Positions 53,932 through 63,698 of a stretch of DNA of 64,000 nucleotides are shown piece after piece. The position numbers were made by a program, and so were the translations under genes. The DNA is from an uncultured Puniceicoccaceae bacterium (GTDB lineage Bacteria > Verrucomicrobiota > Verrucomicrobiia > Opitutales > Oceanipulchritudinaceae): positions 320,001-384,000 of the forward strand of contig CAWVVV010000001.1 of assembly GCA_963933835.1 (NCBI GenBank). Direction: 5' to 3'. The notes beneath the pieces were generated by a model that saw only the letters and a list, made by a program, of their open reading frames with translations, ran no database searches and was not told the DNA's origin. The stretch's first letter is position 1; each line of letters opens with the position of its first letter.

Positions 53932-54390
53932 ATGCCTGACGCTTCAAAAAAGAGACTGTTCTGGATACGCATTGGTGTCCTCGCGATTATCAGCGCCGTT
54001 GCCTATTTTGCGAACGTTGAGATCCAAAGCTATCTCGGCGAAAAAACCCGCGGCGCCATCGGCCTTGAGCTTCGCAGCCTTGAAGACGCAACCGCCATCG
54101 CCGTGGCAGAAGGCAAACCCATCCTCGTCGAGCTCTCCGCCGTCTGGTGCCCCGCCTGTCGCAAGTTCGACAAAGCCGTGCTTTCCGACCCAAGCGTGCA
54201 AGCGCAGATCAACGCTGGTTTCGTCTTTGCTCACCTTGAATATGAGAGTGACGAAGGCGAAGCGTTCATGCAGCTCCACAACGTGAAAGGATTTCCCACG
54301 ACCTACATTTTAAACACCGACGGCACACTCATCCGTCAGCTCAGGACGACGATGAACCCCGTCAAGTTCAGCGAGCAGCTGAGCTTGTAA
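53932..54390 (+). CDS. Membrane-anchored thioredoxin-family protein
   Basis: TM helix, WCPAC, GFPT cis-Pro loop. Confidence 0.88.
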   Translation: MPDASKKRLFWIRIGVLAIISAVAYFANVEIQSYLGEKTRGAIGLELRSLEDATAIAVAEGKPILVELSAVWCPACRKFDKAVLSDPSVQAQINAGFVFAHLEYESDEGEAFMQLHNVKGFPTTYILNTDGTLIRQLRTTMNPVKFSEQLSL

Positions 54391-54417
54391 GAAGTCGTTC
54401 GATCTGGACCGAATTTT

Positions 54418-56154
54418 TTAAACGGTCAGCCAATAAGCAAAGTACGGATCGAGGGTGATCGCACCCTTCTTATCCGTCTTGATCGTATCGTGGCTAAGAA
54501 TGTCGCGGCACGCCTTGAGCCCTTCAAAGCTCTCGTCCAAAGCACTCAAAGCAACCGTCTGTCGCTTCTTCGAGAAGTTGAATAAGCAGACGATATGTTC
54601 GCCCCCGATCGGACTGATGCGGACGAAGCAGAAGAGTTCCGTGCCTACATCACGAATGACCTGCGACGCATCAGGACTGAAGGCAGAGTGATTACCCCGG
54701 CGCTCAAGCCAGAGGTGATAGCGGGCAAAAATCCGCGCTTGGCTGCCTGTATTTTCATCGAGCGCAGCCTTCAGTTCCGCTTCTTTCCACTGGCGACGGT
54801 TGAGTGTGCGAGCTCGCCCTGTCTCCTCGAATCCTTCGACCCAGTTTGTCCCTCCGATCAAATTTTGAATGTAGACCGCAGGCACCCCACGAAAGGCTAA
54901 GACGACCGCCTGCGAGCAAAAGAAGCGCGCCATCGAGAGGCCTTCATCATCAGGAATCTTAAGCGCATCGATGTAACTACAGTTGAGCTCATACGGCTGC
55001 TCCGAACCATCCGGCATCGATCGCATCGAGACTTGTCCGCCGCGCGCTTTGACTTCGTTAGCAATCCACATCAGTTCGTCCGTCGCTAAGATACCCTGCA
55101 GCGGACGCACGCCGATCCCATCATGCGACGAGGAGAAATTCAGGAACGTCTGCCCCGGAGGCAGCGCTGGCAAGGTGTCCGCCCACGCCGTGAGGTGCTG
55201 TGTATCTCCCCTCAGCAAGGCATGGAGCAAGAGCGGCGGGAGAGAAAAGTTATAGACCATGTGGGCTTCATCACCCTGCCCAAAGTAGGAAATATTCTCA
55301 TCGTGAGGCACATTCGTCTCCGTCAACAGAACGACATCCGGAGCGACAATTTCGAGAACGTCGCGGAACAGCTTCACCACCTCATGCGTCTCTGGCCGGT
55401 GCATGCAATCGGTGCCGATCTCTTTCCAGAGGAAGGCGATCGCATCGAGCCGGAGGATGCGGCAGCCTTTCTCGATATAGAGAAAGAGAATGTCGAGGAA
55501 CTCAAAGAGGACGTCGGGGTTACTCCAATTGAGGTCGACTTGATCCTCGCTGAAAGTCGTCCACACGTGGCTCTTACCGTAGCGTGAATTGAACTCTGTC
55601 AAGAGCGGCCAAGGGCGTGGACGGACCACCTTGGATAGGTCCGCTTCCGGATCTGTCGGGTGGAAATAGTAGCACCCTGGAGCAACGCCCATGACGTAGT
55701 CTCGGAACCACGCGCTCTCCTTTGAGCAGTGGTTCAAAACGAGATCAAACATCAGGTTAAAGTCTTCCCCGAGATTCACCACATCGACCCAGTCGCCCGA
55801 CGACGGCTCGACTTTCCGGTAGTCGATGACGGAGAAGCCATCATCAGAGGACCAGGGCGAGAACGGCAGCAAGTGAACAATCGAGATCGCACCGCGCAGG
55901 CGCTCATTACAGAAGTCATGCAGACATTGGAGCGGATTCCGGTTCCCCGTTTCGTCTGATATCGTGTCCGCGTAGGTGATAAGCAGAACGTCATTCGGCC
56001 CCCAAAAGCGGGTATGCGGGCTCACGTCGTCGCCCACCCCATAGCGCCCCAGAAGCATAAAGAAACGATCCATTAGCTCCGGCGCCTGTTCGCCATAGAG
56101 GGTGGTCAGACGCCGACGAAGGCCTTGGGCCTGCTGCTTTGTAATGAATTTCAT
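54418..56154 (-). CDS. GH13_18 sugar phosphorylase, likely glucosylglycerate phosphorylase
   Basis: LITYAD, VHLLPF-SSDDGFSVIDY, WTTFSEDQVDLN, LRLDAIAFLWK, TETNVP, SHDGIG, PYELN. Confidence 0.85.
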   Translation of the reverse strand: MKFITKQQAQGLRRRLTTLYGEQAPELMDRFFMLLGRYGVGDDVSPHTRFWGPNDVLLITYADTISDETGNRNPLQCLHDFCNERLRGAISIVHLLPFSPWSSDDGFSVIDYRKVEPSSGDWVDVVNLGEDFNLMFDLVLNHCSKESAWFRDYVMGVAPGCYYFHPTDPEADLSKVVRPRPWPLLTEFNSRYGKSHVWTTFSEDQVDLNWSNPDVLFEFLDILFLYIEKGCRILRLDAIAFLWKEIGTDCMHRPETHEVVKLFRDVLEIVAPDVVLLTETNVPHDENISYFGQGDEAHMVYNFSLPPLLLHALLRGDTQHLTAWADTLPALPPGQTFLNFSSSHDGIGVRPLQGILATDELMWIANEVKARGGQVSMRSMPDGSEQPYELNCSYIDALKIPDDEGLSMARFFCSQAVVLAFRGVPAVYIQNLIGGTNWVEGFEETGRARTLNRRQWKEAELKAALDENTGSQARIFARYHLWLERRGNHSAFSPDASQVIRDVGTELFCFVRISPIGGEHIVCLFNFSKKRQTVALSALDESFEGLKACRDILSHDTIKTDKKGAITLDPYFAYWLTV

Positions 56155-56185
56155 AGGACAATCGGTGGTGCGCGCTGAGTGGTGA

Positions 56186-57550
56186 CTAGGCCTTTTTCGC
56201 TTTCGCTGGTTTCGCCTTAGAATCCTTCTTTAGCGGTTTCGCGGTCTCGTCTGCTTCGATCGGGAACGGCGGTGCGCTCGGGCGCGATGGCGGTGCCCAG
56301 CCGGTGAGGCTGGTCAAGACGGTGCGCAAGCTACGGCGCAAGACACTGTAACTGTAGTAACGATTCGCTACCTCGAAATTGTGCTCCACGACCTCGCGAT
56401 GATACGCCTCATCTGAGAGCAGGCGCTTCACCTCATCCGTCACTTGGCGCGTGATAAAGCCATCGATCACAGCGAGCTTAAAGCCCTTCGGCTCAATGTC
56501 CTCAACAAAGATTGAGTAGCGATTGATCACGATAGGTTTTTTAAAGTAGATCGCCTCAAGGAGGGCATTACCAAAGCCCTCGTAGGTGCTTGGATAGGTT
56601 ACGAGATCGGCGTGTGGATAGAGATCCCAGAGGGTATAGAGCTTACGCCCTTTGCTGTCATATTGCCGCACTTCGCTCACCCGGTCGCCGATGAAAACGA
56701 GCTCGACCTCCTCCTCCCGCGCCAGCTCTTCGAGCATGTGTTTATACTCATAGCCCTCGTCCCCGGCCTCATGCGAGATGACGAGCTTGTAGCGCGGGTC
56801 GTTGAGCATGCTGACGAGTTTGATCGCGTGTTCGATGCCCTTGCGCGGCACGATGCGGGTGGGTTGAAGAATGAAAATATCATCTTTCGACAGACCGATC
56901 TCTTCGCGCACGTCGGCGGAATACTCATCGGGCACCGGAGGTTGCTTTTCGAATTCGAAAACATTCGGCGTCACGATGCTACCGACTCCCTTGCGCAGCG
57001 ATAGCTGCTGCTGTGCAGCCGCATTGATCACGGTATGGGCGATCGATGGCAGGCGGCACGGAAAAGCTAAGTCGAGGTGGTCTTGCACGGCCGAAATCGA
57101 GAAGCGGGTGCGCTCCCAGTAAAAGTCGTGGTGGTGCGCGATGGTCGGGATTCCGGTCTCGGCAATGAACTCGGTGATCGCGATTCCTAGAGGCACATGC
57201 ATCGGAATAGTGAGCGCGTTTTCCGGAATAAGCACATCGATGCCAAATTTCTGAACAAATTGATACAACGTCCCCTTCAGGTAATCCGCTAGTTCTCGGA
57301 TGCGGCGCGACACGAGCGGCGCCCGGCGGGTCTGTCCCCAGATCCGCTCATTGATCCACACCACCTCGGGGTGGCCAAAGTATGCCTCGGGCACACACAT
57401 GCTGATCTCTGGCTGCCGGTCGAGCAAACCACCATACCAGTGCGAGACATGGCGATCATCCCACAGGACCTCGGCCCACTTGGCACTTTCAAGCGAAACC
57501 CCGTCGGTCCCAGCAAAGCGCGTAGATACAAATCCAAATCGTTTTCCCAT
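56186..57550 (-). CDS. GT4 glycosyltransferase, mannosylglucosylglycerate-synthase-like
   Basis: GTDGVSLESAKW, IAHHHDFYWER, LQPTRIVPRKGIE, VTYPSTYEGFGNALLEA. Confidence 0.8.
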   Translation of the reverse strand: MGKRFGFVSTRFAGTDGVSLESAKWAEVLWDDRHVSHWYGGLLDRQPEISMCVPEAYFGHPEVVWINERIWGQTRRAPLVSRRIRELADYLKGTLYQFVQKFGIDVLIPENALTIPMHVPLGIAITEFIAETGIPTIAHHHDFYWERTRFSISAVQDHLDLAFPCRLPSIAHTVINAAAQQQLSLRKGVGSIVTPNVFEFEKQPPVPDEYSADVREEIGLSKDDIFILQPTRIVPRKGIEHAIKLVSMLNDPRYKLVISHEAGDEGYEYKHMLEELAREEEVELVFIGDRVSEVRQYDSKGRKLYTLWDLYPHADLVTYPSTYEGFGNALLEAIYFKKPIVINRYSIFVEDIEPKGFKLAVIDGFITRQVTDEVKRLLSDEAYHREVVEHNFEVANRYYSYSVLRRSLRTVLTSLTGWAPPSRPSAPPFPIEADETAKPLKKDSKAKPAKAKKA

Positions 57551-57853
57551 CTTATTTCTAAAGGGCACTGTCGACGAAGCAAAGCTCCGAGCTAAGGTCC
57601 GCCGAACACCTTAGAAACAAGCTATTTCGATACCAATGAGAAGCGAAAAGCGGTTATGCCTCCTCAAATTATTGGCATCGCTGGAATGAAATATATTCTT
57701 ACTTCCGGAAACTTAGCATTCATGCCACTCAAGAAGCGGAATGTCTCTACCGAGCAGTGCCCTGAAGAAAACGTTCTTACAATCCGGCAAGAGACCTGCA
57801 TATTGAACGACGTCATCGGCCCGTTCACTCCGACTCACCGATTCACAGAATTC

Positions 57854-59032
57854 ATGACCTCCGAATCCACACTAACTGATGTCTTGAGCAAGGTGGAGGG
57901 CTACATCCAGCCTCTACAAAAGCTCAGAGAGATCGTCTTGGCCAACACCGTGATGTGCGCTGAGATCGCAGCGCCTACTTTTTCCGAAGAAAAACTCGGC
58001 AGCTTTCTCTGCGACCGCTTCACCGAGAGCGAGCTCCTGAACATCTCTACCGATGAAATGGGAAATGCCACTGCCGTCATCCCCGGATCCCTCGGCAAGG
58101 ACGCAAAGAACATCCTCGTCGCAGCCCACGTCGATAACATCTGGCCCTCCAGCGTCGACCACACCGCCTCGGTTGGGGCGAGTTCAATCAGTGGCGCCGG
58201 CGTGGCCGACAACAGCCTTGGAGCCGCCACAATCGCGAGCTTACCGTTCATATTGCAACGCCTTGGCATCGAGCCGCAGCACAACATTGTCCTCCTCGGC
58301 GCCACCCAAAGCATGGGCCGAGGCAACCTCGCTGGCCTCAGATTTTTCGTCGAAAACGCTACCATGCCGATCGACTCCGCCCTTTGCATCGAAGGGATCG
58401 AACTTGGTCGCCTCAGTTATACCTGCCTTGGGATGAGCCGTTGTGAGATCAGCCTCGAAGCCCCTGAAGTGAAGGATTGGGAAACCCGCGGGCACATTAC
58501 ATCGATCGGAGCACTTTCACGCATCGTTCAGAAAATCCTCGCGATCCCCCTTCCATCCGAGCCGAGGACCTCGATCATTCTCGGGTCCCTCAATGCCGGC
58601 AGCGGCTTCAATGTCCCACCGACCAACGCCTACCTTCGCTTCGAGATCCGGAGTGAGGTCCCAGGTATGGTGACGGATGTTCGCGAGCAAATCGAAGAAA
58701 TCATCAAAGAGGCCAACGCCGAACAACGCTTTCAGGCCAATCTAGAAATACTCGCTCACCGTCGTCCAGGCAGTGTCGGGTTCAGCCACCCTCTCGTCAA
58801 AGCCACCCGCGCGATCATGGAAAACCTCGGCCTCAAGCCGAAGATTGCGCCTAGCACGAGCGAACTTTCCGTCCTCCTCGAAAACAACATCCCTAGTCTC
58901 ACGCTCGGCGTGACCAAAGGTCACCACAAACACAACGTCGACGAATCGATCGAAATCGAGCCCATCTTCACCGGACTCGCTCAGATCGTAGGCGTTCTCC
59001 AATACATCGACGGGAGCCTCAATCATGAGTAA
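57854..59032 (+). CDS. M20/M28 metallohydrolase-fold protein with dimerization domain
   Basis: APTFSEE, DEMGNA, VAAHVD, GAGVADNSLG, FEIRS, HNVDESIEI. Start at ATG 57854. Confidence 0.8.
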   Translation: MTSESTLTDVLSKVEGYIQPLQKLREIVLANTVMCAEIAAPTFSEEKLGSFLCDRFTESELLNISTDEMGNATAVIPGSLGKDAKNILVAAHVDNIWPSSVDHTASVGASSISGAGVADNSLGAATIASLPFILQRLGIEPQHNIVLLGATQSMGRGNLAGLRFFVENATMPIDSALCIEGIELGRLSYTCLGMSRCEISLEAPEVKDWETRGHITSIGALSRIVQKILAIPLPSEPRTSIILGSLNAGSGFNVPPTNAYLRFEIRSEVPGMVTDVREQIEEIIKEANAEQRFQANLEILAHRRPGSVGFSHPLVKATRAIMENLGLKPKIAPSTSELSVLLENNIPSLTLGVTKGHHKHNVDESIEIEPIFTGLAQIVGVLQYIDGSLNHE

Positions 59033-60011
59033 AATAACCGCTTGGCTCGAAAAGAACACCTACCACCACGGGGAGTTCTGGGACATCAAAGAGCTCGTCC
59101 GCGCGAAAGAGGAAAAGGGCCTTAAAATCAGCCTCTGTATCCCTACGCTCAACGAAGAGAAAACGATCGGCAAAGAGATCGTCATCTTCAAGAGCGAGCT
59201 CATGGATCGCTACCCCCTCATCGACGAATTTGCCGTCGTCGACTCCGGTTCGACCGACAAGACGCAGGAAGTCGCTGCTGCCTATGGAGCTGACGTCTAC
59301 TTCTCAGGAGACATCCTCCCGAAGGAAGGCTTTAAGCGCGGGAAAGGCGAAAACCTCTGGAAAGCCATTTACCAGCTCAAAGGCGACATCATCGTCTACG
59401 TCGACGCCGATATTAAGAACATCCACCCGCGCTTCGTCACCGGCCTCGTCGGCCCGCTCATCGAGCGTGATGAAGTCCAATACGTCAAAGCCTTCTACGA
59501 CCGTCCCCTCGCCTTCAGTCAGGGCATTCGCCCCTCCGGTGGTGGCCGCGTCACCGAAATCCTAGTACGGCCGCTCTTCTCTCTTTTCTTTCCTGAGCTC
59601 ACCGCCCTTATCCAGCCACTCTCAGGCGAATACGCCGTGCGTCGTGAGACCCTCGAGAAGGTTCCCTTCCCGATCGGCTACGGGGTAGAGACATCGCACA
59701 TCCTCGATGTCTACTCAGAGTATGGGCTCGATGCCTTTGCCCAGACTGACCTCGACCAGCGCGTCCACCGCAATCAAACGACGCTCGACCTCGGCAAGAT
59801 GTCCTTCGGCATCCTCCAGAGCTTCCTCAACCGCATCGAGAGCTTCGGCATGATCGAAAAGCTTCCCGAGCTCAGTAATATCTTCCGCCAGTTCCAAGCC
59901 GAAGGAAACCGCTACGACCAAGTCCTCAAAGAAATCATCGAAGAAGAACGCCCACCGATGATCAGCCTCAAGGAGTACTGTAAGAAATTCGACCGGAAAC
60001 ATGTTAAATGA
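59025..60011 (+). CDS. gpgS: Glucosyl-3-phosphoglycerate synthase (GT81)
   Basis: SLCIPTLNEE, VDSGSTD, GKGENLWK, YVDADI, VKAFYDRP, GGGRVTE, QPLSGEYA, GYGVE, RVHRNQ. Confidence 0.92.
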   Translation: MSKITAWLEKNTYHHGEFWDIKELVRAKEEKGLKISLCIPTLNEEKTIGKEIVIFKSELMDRYPLIDEFAVVDSGSTDKTQEVAAAYGADVYFSGDILPKEGFKRGKGENLWKAIYQLKGDIIVYVDADIKNIHPRFVTGLVGPLIERDEVQYVKAFYDRPLAFSQGIRPSGGGRVTEILVRPLFSLFFPELTALIQPLSGEYAVRRETLEKVPFPIGYGVETSHILDVYSEYGLDAFAQTDLDQRVHRNQTTLDLGKMSFGILQSFLNRIESFGMIEKLPELSNIFRQFQAEGNRYDQVLKEIIEEERPPMISLKEYCKKFDRKHVK

Positions 60012-60090
60012 TGAATCTTGAATAATGAATAGAAAACCGCCGCAGCCAGCCGCAGCACATTCATAATTCATCATTCACCATTCAAAATTC
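60007..60090. repeat. Inverted pair of TCANNAT heptamer arrays
   Basis: AATGATG-AATCTTG-AATAATG, GC-rich spacer, TCATAAT-TCATCAT-TCACCAT-TCAAAAT. Confidence 0.88.
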
Positions 60091-60102
60091 TAGAGCTCTC
60101 TC

Positions 60103-61539
60103 GTGAAAGTCGCCATCGTTCACTCTCATTTTCGCCGGGGCGGTGTCACCCGTGTGGTTGAGAACGCGGTCGCGGCAATGAAGCGAAAGGACGTCGAATG
60201 CCTCGCTCTCTCAGGCGAAACCTACACTGGCAACGACCTCCCCGAGCACCGCTTGATCGAAGGCCTCGGCTACGAAAACACCTATACTCCGGGCGCAGGC
60301 AATGCCCTCGCCCAGCGCCTCATCGAAACCGCGCCGGAAGCCCTCGGCGGTCCTCCCGACCTCTGGCACATCCACAACCACAGCCTCGGGAAGAACCTCA
60401 ACTTCCCTGAAGCCCTCCGCACCCTCGCTCAAAACGGAGCACGCCTTCTTCTTCAGATTCATGACTTCGCAGAGGACGGCCGCCCAACGAACTACGATCG
60501 CCTCTCCACCGCGTATCCAGATCCTACGACGTTTTCCCGATCGCTCTACCCCGCAGGTGCGCAGATTCACTATGCTGCGCTCAACCAGCGCGATGCGAGC
60601 ATTCTGAGTGAAACCGGCATCAAGGGAGAGCAGCTTCACATCCTGCCCAACAGCGTTGCCGTCCCCCAGCTCGGCGAGGCCGAGACCGACATCCTCCCTG
60701 AGGTCGAGGAACTCATCCTCTACCCCACCCGTGCCATACGTCGGAAGAATGTAGGAGAAATGCTCCTACACGCAGCCCTCGCCCCCGATGGGACTCACTT
60801 TGCGACCTCCCTCCTTCCTGATAACCCTGAGTGGCTCGAAATCCACCGCGGCTGGGAAGCCCTCACCGCGGAGCTCAAACTCCCCGCGCACTTTGGCCTC
60901 GGCAGCGACTATAGCTTCCCCGCCCTCATTCAGCGCGCTGACGCCCTTATCACAACGAGCGTCGCGGAAGGCTTCGGCCTCGCATTTCTAGAGCCTGCCC
61001 TCTTCGACAAACCGCTCGTTGGACGCAATCTACCCGAAATCACGACCGACTTCCGCGCCTGGGGGATCGGGTTAGAGAATCTCTACACCGAGCTCTCCAT
61101 CCCTGCCGAAGCGATCGACGAAGCGAAACTAAAGGCAAAGCTCAAGGCTGCCCTCCAGAGCAACGCCGATGCCTACAACCGCCCACTCCCCGCGAACGCA
61201 ACTGAACGCGCCCTTGACGCCGCGCGTTCTAACGACGGCTGGGACTTCGGCCGCCTCGACGAAGAGCTTCAATCCGACGCTATCCGCTACGCCGTCAAAC
61301 ACCCCGAAGCCTTCGAGCACGCCGCCAGCACGATCACACACCGGCCAAGCGCAAACGAGATCGCAGCCGACCGCAGAGCGATCGAGACCCACCTCAACCT
61401 CGACCACTACGGCGAGCAGCTCTACAAGATTTATCAAAGCATCCTAGCTAGCCCCATCGAGACGCCCACCGCCCTCGACGCCGAAGCCATCCTTACCGCC
61501 TTCCTCTCCCCCGAGCGCCTCTACCTCCTGCGGAGCTAG
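60103..61539 (+). CDS. GT4-type glycosyltransferase
   Basis: GGVTRVV, HIHNHSLGKN, QIHDFAEDGR, YPTRAIRRKNVGE, SVAEGFGLAFLEP. Confidence 0.85.
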   Translation: MKVAIVHSHFRRGGVTRVVENAVAAMKRKDVECLALSGETYTGNDLPEHRLIEGLGYENTYTPGAGNALAQRLIETAPEALGGPPDLWHIHNHSLGKNLNFPEALRTLAQNGARLLLQIHDFAEDGRPTNYDRLSTAYPDPTTFSRSLYPAGAQIHYAALNQRDASILSETGIKGEQLHILPNSVAVPQLGEAETDILPEVEELILYPTRAIRRKNVGEMLLHAALAPDGTHFATSLLPDNPEWLEIHRGWEALTAELKLPAHFGLGSDYSFPALIQRADALITTSVAEGFGLAFLEPALFDKPLVGRNLPEITTDFRAWGIGLENLYTELSIPAEAIDEAKLKAKLKAALQSNADAYNRPLPANATERALDAARSNDGWDFGRLDEELQSDAIRYAVKHPEAFEHAASTITHRPSANEIAADRRAIETHLNLDHYGEQLYKIYQSILASPIETPTALDAEAILTAFLSPERLYLLRS

Positions 61540-61779
61540 TTCCCACTCGGTTCACACGGGTTGCGCGCTGATAAACCTGAACGATCGATGCCGCCGTCTA
61601 ATTCAACACCGGGGGCCCCCTAGCATTCTACTGGGCCACGCTCTAGAGTAATATCTTTCGCCCTCGAACGCACCGGCTCTCCCTCAATACAAAAACGATG
61701 GCGTAGTGCGCTATCGTTTCGTAATAATCCTCTCCGAACTCCTCTTTTTCGCCCTCTGTCACCCTGAGCGACTGGAATT

Positions 61780-62526
61780 ATGAAACGCCTGTCTATTACA
61801 CTGTCCCTTCTGGCTATAGCCGTTGGCCCGATTGCCGCCCAACCTATCGTCACCTCTTGGCAAGCCGAACACTCCGGCCGCTACGCTCGAATTTACGAGA
61901 CCACGGCAGCAGAGTCAGCAAGCCAATCCGTCACTACATGGTCACGGGGTGAGGGCATTCAAGACCAGCCGACCTACGCCGGTGTGAACGAAGTCTCCGT
62001 CAGCGCTACGCACGTCTACATTCGCACGAGTGGTCTCGGTTACCATGTCATGGGCCCTTGGTATGGAAACGAAGCCAAAACAAACCTCTTCGTTAATTAC
62101 CCAGCAAACCAAGCAGTCATCTACGCGCTTCCTCTCGACCCTGGCAGCATTCCATCGACCAAGAGCGGCACTGGACTCGGTGCCATCGGCTATTTCGTCG
62201 ACGGTATCGCGATGTTCGATTCCCGAGACGCCTTCTCATACTCGACCTCAAGTGCAACCGATGCCCGGCCCAATAACGGAGTTCAAGGCGACGGGTCTGG
62301 AATCGCGATGCATACGTCAACGAGAACGTCACCTTCGACCCCGCCAACGCGCACCAAGCGAGATCCAACCACCACTACCACGCTAACCCCCCCCCCCGCC
62401 TTGCGTCACCTCCTTGGCGATGCCGTTGCCTACGACTCTGCCACTAGTCGCTACACCGAACAAACTGGCGGAAATGGTATCCATTCATTTCCAGAGCCAA
62501 AGCCATCCGTGTCCATCCGTGGTTAA
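61780..62526 (+). pseudogene. YHYH-domain secreted protein, locally frameshifted and 3'-truncated
   Basis: Signal peptide and GLGAIGYFVDGIAMFD. The conserved-looking WNRDAYVNE-TFD-NAH-HHYHANP lies in another frame between about 62295 and 62397. Similarity ends near 62490 at a repeat. Confidence 0.75.
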
Positions 62527-62658
62527 ATCTTACAGAGCAAAGAACCGCCCAAATCCGCTTCCTCCTGTTCAAATAAACAGAGCCAAAGCCAGAGCACCCG
62601 ATTCATCATTCACCATTCATCATTCAAAATTCATCATTAAAAATTCATCATTAAAAAC
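62491..62658 (+). repeat. Composite repeat: ATCCGTG decamer doublet plus heptamer array
   Basis: ATCCGTGTCC-ATCCGTGGTT-AAATC (62505-62529), then TCATCAT-TCACCAT-TCATCAT-TCAAAAT-TCATCAT-TAAAAAT-TCATCAT (62603-62651). Confidence 0.85.
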
Positions 62659-62744
62659 CTCCCCGCCTTCCAGCCTCGAGATCTAACCAACATTTGCTAA
62701 TTCCGCTTTTGCGCTTTCCGGAGAGATCGTCTTTACTCTCACCT

Positions 62745-63404
62745 ATGTCCAAGCAATCTGCGATCCATCCCACCTCCGGCTACACTCGCGCCGAGGAGAT
62801 CGCGAACACCGTCACTCACGGACTCGGGCTTATCCTCGGCGTGGCGGCTCTCGTCCTCACGGTCGTCTTCGCTAGTCTCAACCAGGATGCCTATCTGATC
62901 GTCGCATCGGCTATTTACGGAACGAGCCTCGTGCTCCTTTACACGGCCTCGACGCTCTATCACGCGGCGCGAAACCTCCGCTGGAAGAAGCGCTTCCTCA
63001 TTCTCGACCACGCCTGCATCTACCTCCTCATCGCGGGGACTTACACCCCCTTTGTCCTCGGCCCCCTGCGCGGACCCTCGGGCTGGAGCCTTTTCGGGGT
63101 GATTTGGAGCCTCGCTCTCTTCGGGATCATCCGTGAAGTCTTCATCGCCCGACGGGGAGGATTGATCTCATCCCTGATCTATCTCGCGATGGGTTGGGCG
63201 GTGGTGGCCTATATCATCCCGCTCTATGTCTCCATCCCTAGGCTAGCGTTTGTCATGCTCATCAGCGGCGGAGTCGTCTATTCGCTTGGCGTCGTTGTCT
63301 ATCTCATGAAACGCCTCCCTTACCACCACGCGATCTGGCACCTCTTTGTCGTCGGTGGATCGGTCTGCCAGTGCTTCGCGATCCTCTCGATCGTAATGGC
63401 CTAA
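62745..63404 (+). CDS. Hemolysin III / PAQR family membrane protein
   Basis: EEIANTVTHG, STLYH, DHACIYLLIAGTYTP, YLAMGW, HAIWHLFV. Start at ATG 62745. Confidence 0.93.
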   Translation: MSKQSAIHPTSGYTRAEEIANTVTHGLGLILGVAALVLTVVFASLNQDAYLIVASAIYGTSLVLLYTASTLYHAARNLRWKKRFLILDHACIYLLIAGTYTPFVLGPLRGPSGWSLFGVIWSLALFGIIREVFIARRGGLISSLIYLAMGWAVVAYIIPLYVSIPRLAFVMLISGGVVYSLGVVVYLMKRLPYHHAIWHLFVVGGSVCQCFAILSIVMA

Positions 63405-63420
63405 GCACAAGTACCCCCTC

Positions 63421-63594
63421 GACCAAAGGCAGCGCGCGCCTGTCCCCAGAGCGCCGAAACCAAACACCGAGTATCCGTGCCCATCCATGATTAAAATCGA
63501 GCACTCAGCATCAGTCCCTATTCAAAATTCATAAATCCCCCTCTCACTCGTCATCCTTCCCTCATTCATCACTCATCATTCAATATTCATCATT
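63421..63594 (+). repeat. Composite repeat: degenerate REP arm, decamer doublet, heptamer array
   Basis: ...CCTGTCCCCAGAGCGCC, ATCCGTGCCC-ATCCATGATT-AAAATC (63473-63498), TCAAAAT...TCATCAC-TCATCAT-TCAATAT-TCATCAT. Confidence 0.75.
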
Positions 63595-63698
63595 GCGCCC
63601 TACATAGCCCTCGAAATCATGGGCCAGTAACCTGTTTAAGAGGTCAAACCGGTTACTCCGGCTAGCGCATCCGTGCCTACGATCGGCCTAAAAATAAA

